Assembly (NCBI GenBank): GCA_032718475.1
Contig: JAUCBJ010007858.1
Span: 1 to 47,647, forward strand
Direction of reading: 5' to 3'
From: Nemertoderma westbladi
Lineage: Eukaryota > Animalia > Xenacoelomorpha
Length of the DNA stretch: 47,647 nt
In this document: positions 23,554 to 35,600 of the stretch, one piece after another
Layout: every line of letters starts with the position of its first letter
Numbering within the stretch: the first letter of the stretch is position 1
Position numbers and translations under genes: made by a program
Notes under the pieces: model-generated
The model's input: the letters and a program-made list of their open reading frames with translations, nothing else
Databases searched by the model: none
What the model was told of the DNA's origin: nothing

Positions 23554-26500
23554 CAAGGACTGCTATACTACAGGACTGGCACACTGAATATCCAGACCCC
23601 GCTAGCGGGGTCCATTAGTTCCCTTCTAATATGGCTCCGAAATAGATGCAAATTTGTTAAATTTTCAATTTTCTCTCACAGATAAATTGTTATTTATTCT
23701 TCTTATGTGTTTATGACGAACCTAGCTACCTCAAACCTGCCTCGCTGCCTGCTTTAACGTTTGAGGCTGATATAATTATTGCTAAGCCAGTGATAGTCCA
23801 TATACCATAATACTGTATGGTAGTAATCGTGCTCGTGCACTATGCATAATAAATTCAGACACCACCGGCACCGCCCACTACTCTCGCCACCAGCCCAGCC
23901 CAATACATTAATTAAACATCTTAGTGGGGCGAGCCACGTAGTGGTTGAAGCTTTACCGTACAGATTTTATAATGTTGACATTCTTGTGATCTGCAATTTA
24001 AGATTATAAATTTTAACACGCAAAATGAATATTAAATAACGATTAGAAAATTTATTTATTTCCAGCAGCTGCTATTGCAATCTGCAATGGTTTTCATATG
24101 TATAAATTGCCGGCAGTGTAGGTAGACCTACTCGATTCAAAATAACAACAGCAATTGGCCCTTAAAAGGGGCATTTGGGTTGAGTTGTATTACAGTATGT
24201 GACATGTGTCTGTAGGCATATTGAATTATCAAAATTAATTACAATTAAATTAATAGATAGTCGAATAGTCAATCTTCACTACAGAAGATTAATGTCCTTT
24301 ATCCAGACCGGCAATGCGGAGAAATTTCCTGTTGGTTCCGTGACCTTCGGAAGATCGCTTTTCAGAGCACATCATGCTGGAGCGTTTCTGCATTCCGTTT
24401 AACAGTGTGTTCGCAAGGGTGGTACATGCAGCTGCGGGGGGCGCTGGTATTATATCGTACTGTACAGCGATGGTTTTGACCACCTGGGCTAATTGACGGT
24501 AGCACAGTATGGTTCCATCAGGTACCGAATCTACCCATGTCGCTGACGCCATTACCCACCAAACCAACTCATGTGATGGCAGCTGTAATCCACCCCTAGA
24601 TAGCGTCTGGATAAATGCATTATCGGCCTGGATGGTGTTACCGGATACTTCTATCTCTGGAATTACACGAATGATATAACCAGCTACATAGGCAGCAGCA
24701 TGCCGCTCACCAACAGTAGCCTCAAGTTCACCCAAACGATCTATAAGGACAAGGGATTCTTCGGTAAATGGGGTTACGCAACCTGGACATTCAATAGGGT
24801 GTTTAATGGCCGTCAACACATCTGGCATTTCACCCATCTTTACGAATGCTAGAAGGCTACGTAGACGCATCCCAGATTCAATATCCTTTACAGTAATTGA
24901 CTGGTTAGAACCGGTCATACCACGCAGACATCCGAACTCACCCTCCAAGCGATCTTGGGAAACTGTTCCAGTAAGAAAGTATGTGAACCCGCTGCTTAAA
25001 AGGTAGCGAGAAATGTCTATCATTCCGGCCGTCGACTGGCACAGCGCCCTGTGGGTATCTGTCGTAAGACTCCGTATGCGACGGACACCAATACCGTGAG
25101 GGAACGAGCGAAATTCCTCCACTAAGCCCTTCAGCGACTCGATGGCAGCACAGTCGGATGATGTTATGGCCTGTCGATGATGATCTTTAAATCGGATCGC
25201 TTCCCCAATGCCTCGACTTTACGTTCATCAGTTTCCACCATGTCAACACCTGTAACAGCAGTACAAAACACGATATATTATTTACATTGTACAGTACATT
25301 ATTTATAGAATTACGAACTTGAATATGCCCGATAAAATATAAATAAATTGATAATATAAAATATAATATATTAATATTAAATAGGAATAATTAAATAAAT
25401 TAAATATATAATATAAATTAAATAAGTAAACTATTAATAAAGGCATAATGTCATTTTGCCCCGCATGGGGGCGCATTTATCATTAAAAAAAATTAAATAA
25501 TATTAATATTTTACTAAGGTGCCTAGGCCCATCCGCATTTACATACCTGTTCTAACACTTCCGCAGTACCAGATCTACTCGAAAGAAACAACGCAGCTAC
25601 AAAACGGTCGTTAAAAACAGCAAAGCACATGGAATGAACTGGAATCATCTGCACCATCACTGAAGGTCCCCCGTATAAAATCTTAACCATCGAGCAGAGG
25701 ACTGAGTTGGCCAACTCCGATGGGTCATCCTTAGCGTAGCCAAACACTCCATGTCCTTGATACAATAGTTTGGGAACCACCTTTACTTCGTCCGTTATAA
25801 GAATCGCCTTTGGGGATTCGGCAGCAGGCGTACCAGCTGGTAAGCTGTTCTTTGCTTTACGAATGGCCGTTTCTATGAGCAAATCACTGGTGAGGTGACT
25901 CCCTGTTTTAGCGATCTTATCTTCCTTTCGCATGGAAGAATAGCAATCTGCCGCAGTATACTATATGGCAGACGCGGGTAGCCCTGAACAGCCAGTAGAT
26001 AATCCGACTGTGAGTAACACTTCGAACCGCTACAATGCAGCTGCAACTGATGGGATATAAACTCCAGCTGGGTTTTGTATTTATAATCAGAGCTGGAGGC
26101 AATAGCGTCATCAATCAACTCTCGGGCTTTCAGCAGCAAGTTCTCGGTCGTTCCTACCACGCTTCGTTTAAATGCGACAATAACCTCCAACAGCTGGGAC
26201 CAGCGAATGAGCTGCGCGTTAGGAGCGAGGCAATAGTTGAGCGATATACGTTTGTTAGTAGGATTAAACGAAGTAACATAGATATCACTGCAGAGAAGCT
26301 GCCTCGTTTCAATACATATTTTGCCAGCGTAGGAATCGCTGACAAAAATATACAGCATAATGAAATCAGCAGTTATCTTAACAAATATATCGACGAATTC
26401 AACACGAACATCGTTACGAATCCACGTTTCGACATCGCCACGGAAGATATCGAACCCGCCAATTACATCCCGGCGGTTTAGCGATTGAACCTGTCGCTCT

Positions 26501-26937
26501 TCGATCGGTGGCTCCGCTCGTAACTTCCCTGGTGGCGGAGGAACACAGGATGCTGGAACCCCAGGAAAGAAGAATCGCGGGATAGTCGGCCGCAACGCTC
26601 CTCCGGGAACCTTCCGATGAGGGATATCCTGCGGGAATCCTGGCCAATGTCGTATACAAATAACAGCATTACTGTGATGTGTGTTAAAACTACCGTAGCT
26701 ACCGGTACTAAGCTGCAGCCTGTAGTTATGTCAGTATGTTAAACCTTTTTAAACATTACTAAATAATAAATATTAAATACATAAATATAAATCCACTGAT
26801 TTAAAAAAGTACATAAGTAATTGGGTTGATTACACAGTTGTACAGCCAGACAGCAGTACTGGAATTCTGCAACTAATGGACCCCGCTAGCGGGGTCTGGA
26901 TATTCAGTGTGCCAGTCCTGTAGTATAGCAGTCCTTG
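23554..26937 (-). mobile_element. P-element (THAP9-like) transposon, internally deleted, nested in the previous element
   Basis: Perfect 67-bp TIRs (23554-23620, 26871-26937) starting CAAGG; 8-bp TSD ATGTAAGC. Confidence 0.93.
24289..26670 (-). pseudogene. P/THAP9-like transposase fragments with frameshifts and a GT-AG intron at 25250-25546
   Basis: THAP C-half ICIRHW..P; AILITDEVKV..LLYQG..FG (first catalytic D); SQDRLEGEFGCLRG (catalytic E); AYVAGYI. The central region is missing. Confidence 0.8.
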
Positions 26938-27896
26938 ATGTAAGCCAATCAGAAAGATGTACAGTACTTCAGATATGTAGAAGGATAAACACTGGTTGAG
27001 CGATAAAGGCAAACAGATAGGCCAATCAATAGAGAATGTGGGTATTGTATAAGGATAGAGCGTAGCGCACCCATACCTGTCAATACCATCAATCTAATGT
27101 ATCTATACTATAAAAGGACAAACGTATAATAACGGGAAAAGAGCGTGGGGCGAGTCATATGATTGGGTTAGGACAAATGGAGCAATTACAAACAATTTAC
27201 AATGAACATCACTAATGCTGGTTATTTTTTATGGTTATTATTGTCATTTTAGCACTGAAAATGGTAGATGTGTTCACCTGTGAAATATAAAAAGCCTTCC
27301 AATGAAATCAGCGTACCAGAAAACCTGTATGAAATCGATATCAATACCTAACTCTAATATCTTACCCTTTTTTGAAATTCAGATATTTGTGAAAATCGAT
27401 AATGTCGTAACGACCGTTACGAAACCATGTCACGACCGTTACGCTGGTTAATTGATTGCCACATTCTCTAATGATATTATATTGCCATACTGTTAATTTC
27501 ATTTGAAACTCTATCTATTACAATTAACATGTTAGTCTGACATAAGTAACACTAAATAAGTACAGTAAATTCGATAGAAATGTATAATGTGTAGGTGTCT
27601 CTAAAAAGCTTGTCCATTTCAGTCACGACCGTTACGCCAACTTTAAACGGGAATATAATCAATAAAACGTAATGTATTCCAGTGCGGTTTCGATTTTATT
27701 AAATCAAATTAATAATCATTAATTAGGATCATATCATAGTAATATCTTTTCAATATCATTCTTCCATGTGCCCTTAGAATACTCATTAATACCGGAAACC
27801 CATGCGGAATGTCACGACCGTTACGCTGGAATGGCTGTGGCAGTATTTTAAAACAAATTTTCATTAACAATATTTCTACTGACTGTTTGACCATAT

Positions 27897-28272
27897 GGTT
27901 TCCCTCAATTGGTAAAGTGATCGTTTATTGTTTTGGTTAGAAAAGCCCGCCTCTGTAACCTGCTCCTTCCCCTCAATTGGTAAAGTGGCAGTTTATTGTT
28001 TTGGTTATTGGTAAAGTGATCGTTTATCGTTTTGGTTAGAAACGCCCGCCTCTGTAACCTGCTCCTTTCCCTCAATTGGTAAAGTGGCCGTTTATTCTTT
28101 TAGTCAGAAAAGACTGTCTATGTAACCTGCTCCTTTCCCTACAAAAATGGTTAAATTAATTTGCATGCTTTGTATTGTTTAATATTTACTCATTTTTTCT
28201 ATTATTATACCGTACTCAGATTATGGATTATGCTGTTATGTATAATAAAAATATTGATTGAGAAAACCATGT
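27897..28272. repeat. Short MITE-like element with ~3 internal 70-100-bp tandem units
   Basis: CCCTCAATTGGTAAAGTG...TGTAACCTGCTCCTT repeated; imperfect termini TGGTTTCCCTCAAT / ATTGAGAAAACCA. Confidence 0.5.
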
Positions 28273-28359
28273 TTATCCTTTAAAAAAACCATTACCGGTC
28301 ATCGGGAAAATTGTTCCCGGTATTCTCACGAGGAAATCGGGAAATTTGAGAAAAATTTA

Positions 28360-30955
28360 CCCAGCTAGTCAACGAGCCAACCAGAGGTAACAATATCCTT
28401 GACTTAGTATTCACCACTGAAGTTATGTGTGTTAGTAATGTTTTAGTTGATTACCCATTCTCTACTAGTGATCACAACACTGTTACTTTTAATTTATGTG
28501 GCCCTTATCAATTTTTCGAAAACGACTCATTGCAATATGTAGATTTTAAGGGCGGTGATTATGTTTCTTTTTCTAATTATTTGGATTCTCAAAACTGGGT
28601 TGAAGTATTTAGTTCATGTTCTACTGTAGAGGATCATTGGCGTGCTTTTGATAATGTACTTAAAATCGGTATTAATCTATTTGTGCCAAAAAAGGATATA
28701 CCTAGTGATTTCAAAAAGAAATACCCTTTGCATATTAAACAGTTGCAACGTAAAAAGAAAATGCTCTGGCGGCGGCGCCATACAACCCAGGGGAAAAATG
28801 AATATAAAAAATGCACCAAAGAAATCACTAGAACTATATTCAGGTATTCTTGTATAAGAGAGAACAAAATACTAGAATCTGGTAAACCAAATGCTATTTT
28901 TAAGTATGTGAATTCGAAAAGAAATTATAAATCCGGTATAGCTCCTCTTAGATTTAACGGTGAAGTCATTGTGGATGATACTTCCAAAGCAAAGGTATTT
29001 TCCAAAGTTCTTTCAGAAAATTATTGTGAGGACAACAAGTCTACACCGGATTTTGAGAATGTTGTGCCACCCCATACCTATCTGAATGATGTGCACTTTA
29101 CTCCAAATGTTGTATTTAAGGTTTTATGTGATTTACCGCGTAAGACTGGTAACACGCCTGATGGTTTACCTAGTTATTTGTACCGAAACTTGGCTTGTCA
29201 ACTAGCGTCGCCTTTGTCCGTTATTTTTGAGTTATCCTTCATTTTGCACGCGCTACCTTCTGTTTGGTGTACCGCTATTGTTGTTCCCATGTTTAAGAAG
29301 GAAGATCCTTCTAATCCATATAATTACAGACCCATTTCTTTAACCTGTATCGCCTGCAAAGTAATGGAAAAGGTCATAAATAATGAACTTCTTTTTTACT
29401 TGTTAAATAACCGACTAATCTCTAAGCAGCAGCATGGTTTTCTAAAACGCAAATCAACTTCAACACATTTACTAGAGTGCACTAATGACTGGTTTAAGAT
29501 TTTGGATAGACGTAAAGATGTCGATGTTATTTACGTTGACTTTGAGAAGGCTTTTGACAAAGTTGTCCATGCTAAACTGCTGAAAAAACTTGCTGCTTAT
29601 GGAATTTCCGGTAACCTGTTAGCTTGGTTTAATGCATTTCTATCTAATCGTAATTTCCGTGTTCTTGTTGGTAAAGAATTGTCCGACCCTGTGGACGTTA
29701 TTTCAGGTACGCCACAAGGCAGCGTCATAGGCCCTGTTTTGTTCCTAATATTTATTAACGACCTGCCTCAATGTTTACCACGTGTCAGCTGCAAATTATT
29801 TGCCGATGATTTAAAAATTTATGCTGACTACAGTAGGCATAATGATATTCAGTGTGCTTTAAATGCCTTGTCAATCTGGTGCAATACGTGGCAATTGCGT
29901 GTTGCCACTAATAAATGCCATGTTCTTCATATTGGTAATCGTGAGCAGGGTGCATATTTTCTCAACGGGAATTGCCTTAAAATTAAAAATAGCTGTAAAG
30001 ATTTAGGTGTTACTATGAGTAGAGATTTGAGGTTTAACAAATATTGTAAAGAACAGGTTCTTAAGGCTTATAAAGTAATTAATATTATATTTAGGTGTTT
30101 TTATACGTCTAATGTTAAATCGATATTTACAGCCTATAGAGCGTACGTACGACCATTACTAGAATTTAACACTGTTGTATGGTCACCCCATCAGATATCT
30201 AATATTAATATGGTTGAACGAGCCCAACGTTACTTTACGCGACGTCTATTTAAAAGGTGCAAACTTTCATCACTAGATAACAGTTATTTGAACAGGCTTT
30301 CATACCTGGACCTACAACCACTGCAAGCCAGGCGTATTATCTTCGATTTACGCATGGTGTACAATATTTGTCACGGTAACGTTGACCTTAATTTTAGCGA
30401 TTTTTTCGAATATGTACATCGACAAGGACTACGTGGTCATAATTACAAGTTATATGTACGAGCAAGTCGTTTATTACTTTCTAATAATAGATTTTCCCAA
30501 CGCACTGTGATTACTTGGAACAATCTACCTTATGAGGTTGTTAATGCACCTAATGTCATTACTTTTAATCGTTTGATTAAGAATGTTGATTTTAGCCATT
30601 TGTATAGTTTTTATTAATTTATCTTACGATCTGAACTCTAACTAATAGTCAGACCCTTTACTTGTTATAAAATATCTTATCCAATTAGTATACGTACGTA
30701 CTGTACGTACATGTGCGATCGGTGCGTTCCCCTATTTTATTTTTATTTTATATTTTTGGAGTATATTTTAAATATATGATAATATTTTACTTTCACTTGG
30801 GACCCCTATTTGCTATATGCCTTGGCGGTCTTCTCCCTCCTATTCAAAACATAACTATAATATTGTTTATTTACTGTATAATATTTTGAAATGTCCATTA
30901 TCCATTTTATGCAGTTTAATTATGTTATGGAGAGCAAATACAATACAACAAAAAA
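28360..30955 (+). mobile_element. 5'-truncated CR1/L2-group LINE
   Basis: Begins in the end of the endonuclease (QLVNEPTRGNNILDLVF...SDH), has an intact RT and 3' UTR, and ends in (CAATA)n/A-rich sequence. Confidence 0.88.
28425..30617 (+). CDS. LINE reverse transcriptase (5'-truncated ORF2, uninterrupted)
   Basis: NYRPISLT, YVDFEKAFDKV, GTPQGSVIGP, LFADDLK, DLGV, VRPLLEF..VWSP, LRGH. Confidence 0.9.
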   Translation: MCVSNVLVDYPFSTSDHNTVTFNLCGPYQFFENDSLQYVDFKGGDYVSFSNYLDSQNWVEVFSSCSTVEDHWRAFDNVLKIGINLFVPKKDIPSDFKKKYPLHIKQLQRKKKMLWRRRHTTQGKNEYKKCTKEITRTIFRYSCIRENKILESGKPNAIFKYVNSKRNYKSGIAPLRFNGEVIVDDTSKAKVFSKVLSENYCEDNKSTPDFENVVPPHTYLNDVHFTPNVVFKVLCDLPRKTGNTPDGLPSYLYRNLACQLASPLSVIFELSFILHALPSVWCTAIVVPMFKKEDPSNPYNYRPISLTCIACKVMEKVINNELLFYLLNNRLISKQQHGFLKRKSTSTHLLECTNDWFKILDRRKDVDVIYVDFEKAFDKVVHAKLLKKLAAYGISGNLLAWFNAFLSNRNFRVLVGKELSDPVDVISGTPQGSVIGPVLFLIFINDLPQCLPRVSCKLFADDLKIYADYSRHNDIQCALNALSIWCNTWQLRVATNKCHVLHIGNREQGAYFLNGNCLKIKNSCKDLGVTMSRDLRFNKYCKEQVLKAYKVINIIFRCFYTSNVKSIFTAYRAYVRPLLEFNTVVWSPHQISNINMVERAQRYFTRRLFKRCKLSSLDNSYLNRLSYLDLQPLQARRIIFDLRMVYNICHGNVDLNFSDFFEYVHRQGLRGHNYKLYVRASRLLLSNNRFSQRTVITWNNLPYEVVNAPNVITFNRLIKNVDFSHLYSFY

Positions 30956-31256
30956 TATCAGAGTCTTTTCATATAGACAATGTAGAAATGAATATGTGAA
31001 ACCCTTCATTTCAAAGCCAGTAAAGACGAAACAGAATTGTGTAAAGTTTGTGCCATCTGACTGTGGACTGTCTGATAGTCAGCTGCTCAGACAGAAATTA
31101 TATCAGGACAGACTGACAGAAGGAAGCCTATATTATATACTGATATCAAGGACTACTATACTACAGTAGTATAGTAGTCCTTGACTGATATACAATATAG
31201 CTGTTGCTGTATAGCAGTAAATGGTATAGAGCTAGATGTATACCACTGTCTGACTG

Positions 31257-34125
31257 GGGTATAACTTTTGCGTAGAGGTATAGCCTACATAGAGGCTACA
31301 TGTAGGTATGTGTAGCCTACATGTAGATGCACGTGTAGGGTGAATGTAGGTAGGTGTAGGTAGGTCTTTAAAAACAACAATGATGAATGAATAGGCCTAC
31401 ACGGGGTACCCGGACCCGAACTTCCTCGATGAGATGCGAATGCGGCGAACGGGGGTGGTACCCGGAACAACCACGAAGAGATGCGCATATGGCGGGCGGT
31501 GGTACCCGAAACAACCAGGAGGAGATGCGAATACGTCGAATGGGGGTCCCCTGAATACCCACGAGACGGAGCCTATCAATTCTACAGTACTGACAAAGGA
31601 AAAAACGACTGAACGATATACCGATACATACTGTAGATGTAAAAGCTTTTGTGGGATAACTGATTCGTTTGCCTTGTTGGCCAGTTCCCCCCCAGTCGCT
31701 AAGAATACTCTCAAAGTGATCTACAGCTAAAAATAGTGCAAGTTACCAGCTTATTGGCTGATTTGCTGTACGCAGGCATCTGGGCTCTGTTTAATCGGCC
31801 ACCAAGCCTAGGGAGGTTGCGTCATAGCCTTGTTTTTGTATCTCCCAATAGAATTTGAGTTAGCCTTGATTTTGACCTATCACAGAGCTGCTGAACTGAA
31901 AATTTCCTATCTCACTGCTCTTTCTCTGTGTTGAACGGGAGCTTCGTGGAATAAGGGAGTTGGTATCCTCGTATAGAGCAGTAGTCACGAGTTTTACAAA
32001 GCCACGAAAGAACGGCTTTGTAGTTTTTATGTTTTATGCTTTTTAGCTCAACACTAGTAGGTTTAATTACAAGGACATATATCCTTTATCCTGGCTGCAA
32101 TTACGCATCAAACAACCTGGCTTTAAACTCTGTAAATATCAAAACAAACTGGCACGATTGATCTGTGAATACTGCATACTGCTATTTGTTGTCGGTTATT
32201 CATTATATTTGTTGATGAATTATTATATTGGAATAACGAGAAATAACCCCGACACCCAATATTCTTGATATACCGAAGGTAAGAGAGAAAGGTTACCAAT
32301 AACGATTGTGACTTATGTTAAAGTGGTTTGAAGTGAATCTAATGTTATTTGATAGACCCTACATGAGTCAGTCTGTGTTCCTTTTATATGTAACTAAAAT
32401 CAGTGAAGATTGGCAGATTAGTGTGCAGTATTGTGCAGCATTGCGTATGAGCGAGTCTGTTAAAGAAGCAATTCCTAAAGAATGCGCCATATATGTGAAT
32501 TATAATTAAGCCATATCGTTGTGAGTAGTTTAAGTCATAACTCTGTTTATATAGATAAAGCGCCACGTCCTAAAGGAACTGTTAATATTCCCGAAGGTAA
32601 ATAATATTGTCAGAGATTATATAATACTGTCAGTCGAATAATACATTAAGCTTACATAGCAATAAAATTAAACCGTCGAACCCAATCTCCCGGGAATATC
32701 CAGCGGGTGAATGGTCGCGCACGGATTGGTTTCGACTAGTGTAGTGAATCAAATACTTGTCATAGGCTAAAAAGCGATTTAATATCTAGAAGACATCTTA
32801 ATTTGGCGGGTTAAACTGCCAAAGGTCTGAAAGCGCGAACAGTAGATCTTATGATCCTGCGGGTTCAGGCATGGAGGCTAATGACTTTGTATGGGCCGAA
32901 CGGCCCGAACCTGATGTTTCCAGTCAAGGAGGAATCGACTAACGGTTAGGGTTAGAGTTCGTCGTCGGTGTCCATGAGGGTCTGAGGATGAGTGGGTAAT
33001 TCAACAAAACGCTAACAATGATACCGGACTGATTGATTGAACCAGAGTGGCGATGGTAGTCGCTGATGTATATATATTATATATATCATGTATTGATTGT
33101 TAGTAGATATTTTTTTATAGTATTTGTTTATTAAATTGTCTTCAATGTCTATATTGATAATATTGTGTGCTGTGCTGATTTTACTTATTTTTCATTTTAT
33201 AAATCTTGCTGTGGCCGTTTTAATCTACTAAACTGCCGTATGAATTTCATGATATTTTAATGGATATGCAATTTAACTTCTTCTTTCTATTAACTTTCAA
33301 TGCAATCAAATATAACTGTAAAGCTATTGACTTTCGTGTTATTGTTTTGCTGTTACTTCGAGATGGGATTTGAATCCCATCGGATTACTGATTAATTCCC
33401 ATCATCGAGATGGGAATACTTTATAATGAAACAGTGTGGTGGTCCGCGGGATAGTGGGAAGGGATGGGACTGTTGCTGGTTGGTGGAATGTGACTGCCTG
33501 AAAAATTAAAACAAACAAAACTTCCAGACTTCTATATTTTTACTTTCAAAACAAAACGTCCAAAACATTTCAATGCTGAAGTACTGTTCAAGTCCCATGG
33601 ATGTATGGTTGATAAACAGATAAAGAGGGGCAGAGGGGGGTCAGGGTTTCTGGTAGACTATAGTCCCCGCGATGATGGCTGTTCTTGTTTAGGTTACTCT
33701 TACTTAATAAACATATAAATCAGAACGAGTTAATCTAATGGAACGATGCCTTTCGTGGCGTTAGCATACTCAAATTTATTAGGGCATAATATTTATGACG
33801 AGTAAGGCTGTAAGGGACTTTAGTATAATCAGAACGCGATGTTTGATATTTATACAGTACTGCAGTATGCAGTAAAACCTGTTGTCTGACAGCAGACAGG
33901 TCTGCAGGTTGATGTACCGTATTGTACCGTGGAGATCAGAGATTATTGCCATACATCCTGATTGACGACCGTGTATCACGTTACTGCAAGTTGACACATA
34001 AATTACATTAATATCTATGGGACTACACCTACCTACATTCACCCTACACGTGCATCTACATGTAGGCTACACATACCTACATGAAGCCTCTATGTAGGCT
34101 ATACCTCTACGCAAAAGATGTACCC
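31257..34125. mobile_element. Non-autonomous Mutator-like element (MULE)
   Basis: ~103-bp TIRs GGGTA(T/C)A(A/T)CTTTTGCGTAGAGGTATAGCC...; 9-bp TSD GTCTGACTG at 31248-31256 and 34126-34134; no transposase ORF. Confidence 0.88.
31638..32841 (+). mobile_element. Solo LTR of a related BEL/Pao subfamily
   Basis: TGT...ACA termini, 5-bp TSD GTAGA (31633-31637, 32842-32846), patchy homology to the reverse complement of 5057-6300. Confidence 0.9.
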
Positions 34126-34502
34126 GTCTGACTGCACTGCTGTAGACCTACTCTGGTAGGCCTACTGGTATAGGCTAACGGTAGCCGTTGATTTACTATT
34201 ACTGTAGTTGGTAGTACTGTATTAGCAGATTGGGCCTACTGTATTATCTCATTCTGTCATTATTACTGCATTAGGCCTATGCTGCTATGTCATACTGTCA
34301 TGTGTGTTGTGTATGTCTGACGTCTATCAGCAAATACTGAACTGCTAAATAGTTACTACAGTGACAGTCTGACAGTTTCTATCGGTACGGTACTGCTTCT
34401 ACCTGTCTACAGTAATATACTGATATAGACATTAAGATCGGAAGATTAAACATAGCCTGCAGTTCCGTAAACCATAAACTGGTAACAACAAACAATTTGA
34501 CA

Positions 34503-35600
34503 ATGGTTTATTCAAAGAAGAAATCCAACCAAAAACAACCCCCTATATTTAGCCATGAATTTGTTATTCAAAACCATGGCGATATCGTAAGTTGCGCCGC
34601 CATGATTGTCATGCTCGGCCTAATGTTCCAACCCACTGCAAATTTCTGCTCAAAATTCACAATGCTGAGTTACAACGTGACTGAAGTGAACGCCACTTAT
34701 TCCCAGATGAACGAGTTTACCCACTACCATATCGGCCGTCTCGACATCCTGCCGATATTCTTCTACTTTCTCTTAGCGATCGTTGCCCATGCAGTCATCC
34801 AGGAATACATTACGGATAAGATATCTCGCCGATTCCATCTTAGCAAAACCAAACAAAACAAGTATAATTTATCCGTTCAAGTTTTCTTCTTCTATTTGGC
34901 TGCATCCGCCTACGGAGGCTGGATTGTCCATCGCGAGGGCTGGCTTGTCTCCATAACCGAGATTTGCGACAACTACCCACACCGTGAGCTATCCGTATTC
35001 TCGAAGCTATTCTTCCTGGCCCAAATCGCTTACTGGTTGCATTTGCTTCCCACTCTCTACTTCCAAAAAGTTCGCAAGGAAGACATGATGGAACGAATTC
35101 AGTTAACCTCGTTTTTCGTAGTTTTTATTACCACCGCGTATCTCTTGAATTTATCTCGAATCGCTACTGTTCTTCTAGTCGCTCATTACTTAGTGGAATT
35201 CTTGTTCCACGTGGCTCGAATCCTTTATCTGATGGAGCAGCAGGATCTATCTCAACCCATTTTCTTCCTCTGGGCTATCCTCTATGTGGTCGTTCGTATC
35301 TTTTCTGTGGTTCTTGCCGGGTTTACTTTCCTCTTTGGGCTTCGCACCTCCGACACGGGGGCCCTGGACGTCGCCGTCGGCAACTATAACATCCTCCCGG
35401 TACGCATCACCTGTTTCTCAGCTATCGCGCTGTTGCAATTGTGGTTGGTTTCGTCTTTCGTCACCTTTCAGATGCGACGTATGAAGGATCGCACCGCTAC
35501 TTCGAGGAAATTCGCCCAGAAACAGCGTAACAAACGGGAAAACGGTGAAGTTACAACTGCTAAAAAGTCTCCACGTCCTAAACATGTTAAAGCTAATTAA
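34503..35600 (+). CDS. TRAM1: Translocating chain-associated membrane protein (TRAM1-like, TLC domain), single-exon CDS
   Basis: PPIFSHEFVIQNHGDIVSC, HAVIQEY..DK..RR.HLSKTK, QIAYWLH..P.LYFQKVRKED, basic C-terminal tail; first ATG at 34503. Confidence 0.92.
   Translation: MVYSKKKSNQKQPPIFSHEFVIQNHGDIVSCAAMIVMLGLMFQPTANFCSKFTMLSYNVTEVNATYSQMNEFTHYHIGRLDILPIFFYFLLAIVAHAVIQEYITDKISRRFHLSKTKQNKYNLSVQVFFFYLAASAYGGWIVHREGWLVSITEICDNYPHRELSVFSKLFFLAQIAYWLHLLPTLYFQKVRKEDMMERIQLTSFFVVFITTAYLLNLSRIATVLLVAHYLVEFLFHVARILYLMEQQDLSQPIFFLWAILYVVVRIFSVVLAGFTFLFGLRTSDTGALDVAVGNYNILPVRITCFSAIALLQLWLVSSFVTFQMRRMKDRTATSRKFAQKQRNKRENGEVTTAKKSPRPKHVKAN

Larger units (their letters stand above)
20543..27837 (+). 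mobile_element. Cut-and-paste DNA transposon (11-bp TIR, 5-bp TSD), superfamily unresolved
   Basis: TIR CAGCCATTCCA/TGGAATGGCTG; TSD TGGCA at 20538-20542 and 27838-27842; subterminal GTCACGACCGTTACG motifs near both ends; internal transposase exon. Confidence 0.85.

Noticed and set aside
20541-27839. Transib assignment from apparent CACAGCC...GGCTGTG ends
   Set aside because: With CAC termini the flanks do not form a TSD, and the protein shows no RAG1/Transib features I can recognise.
32944-32958. Telomeric repeat (GGTTAGGGTTAG)
   Set aside because: Only about two units, inside a MULE; not an interstitial telomere array.
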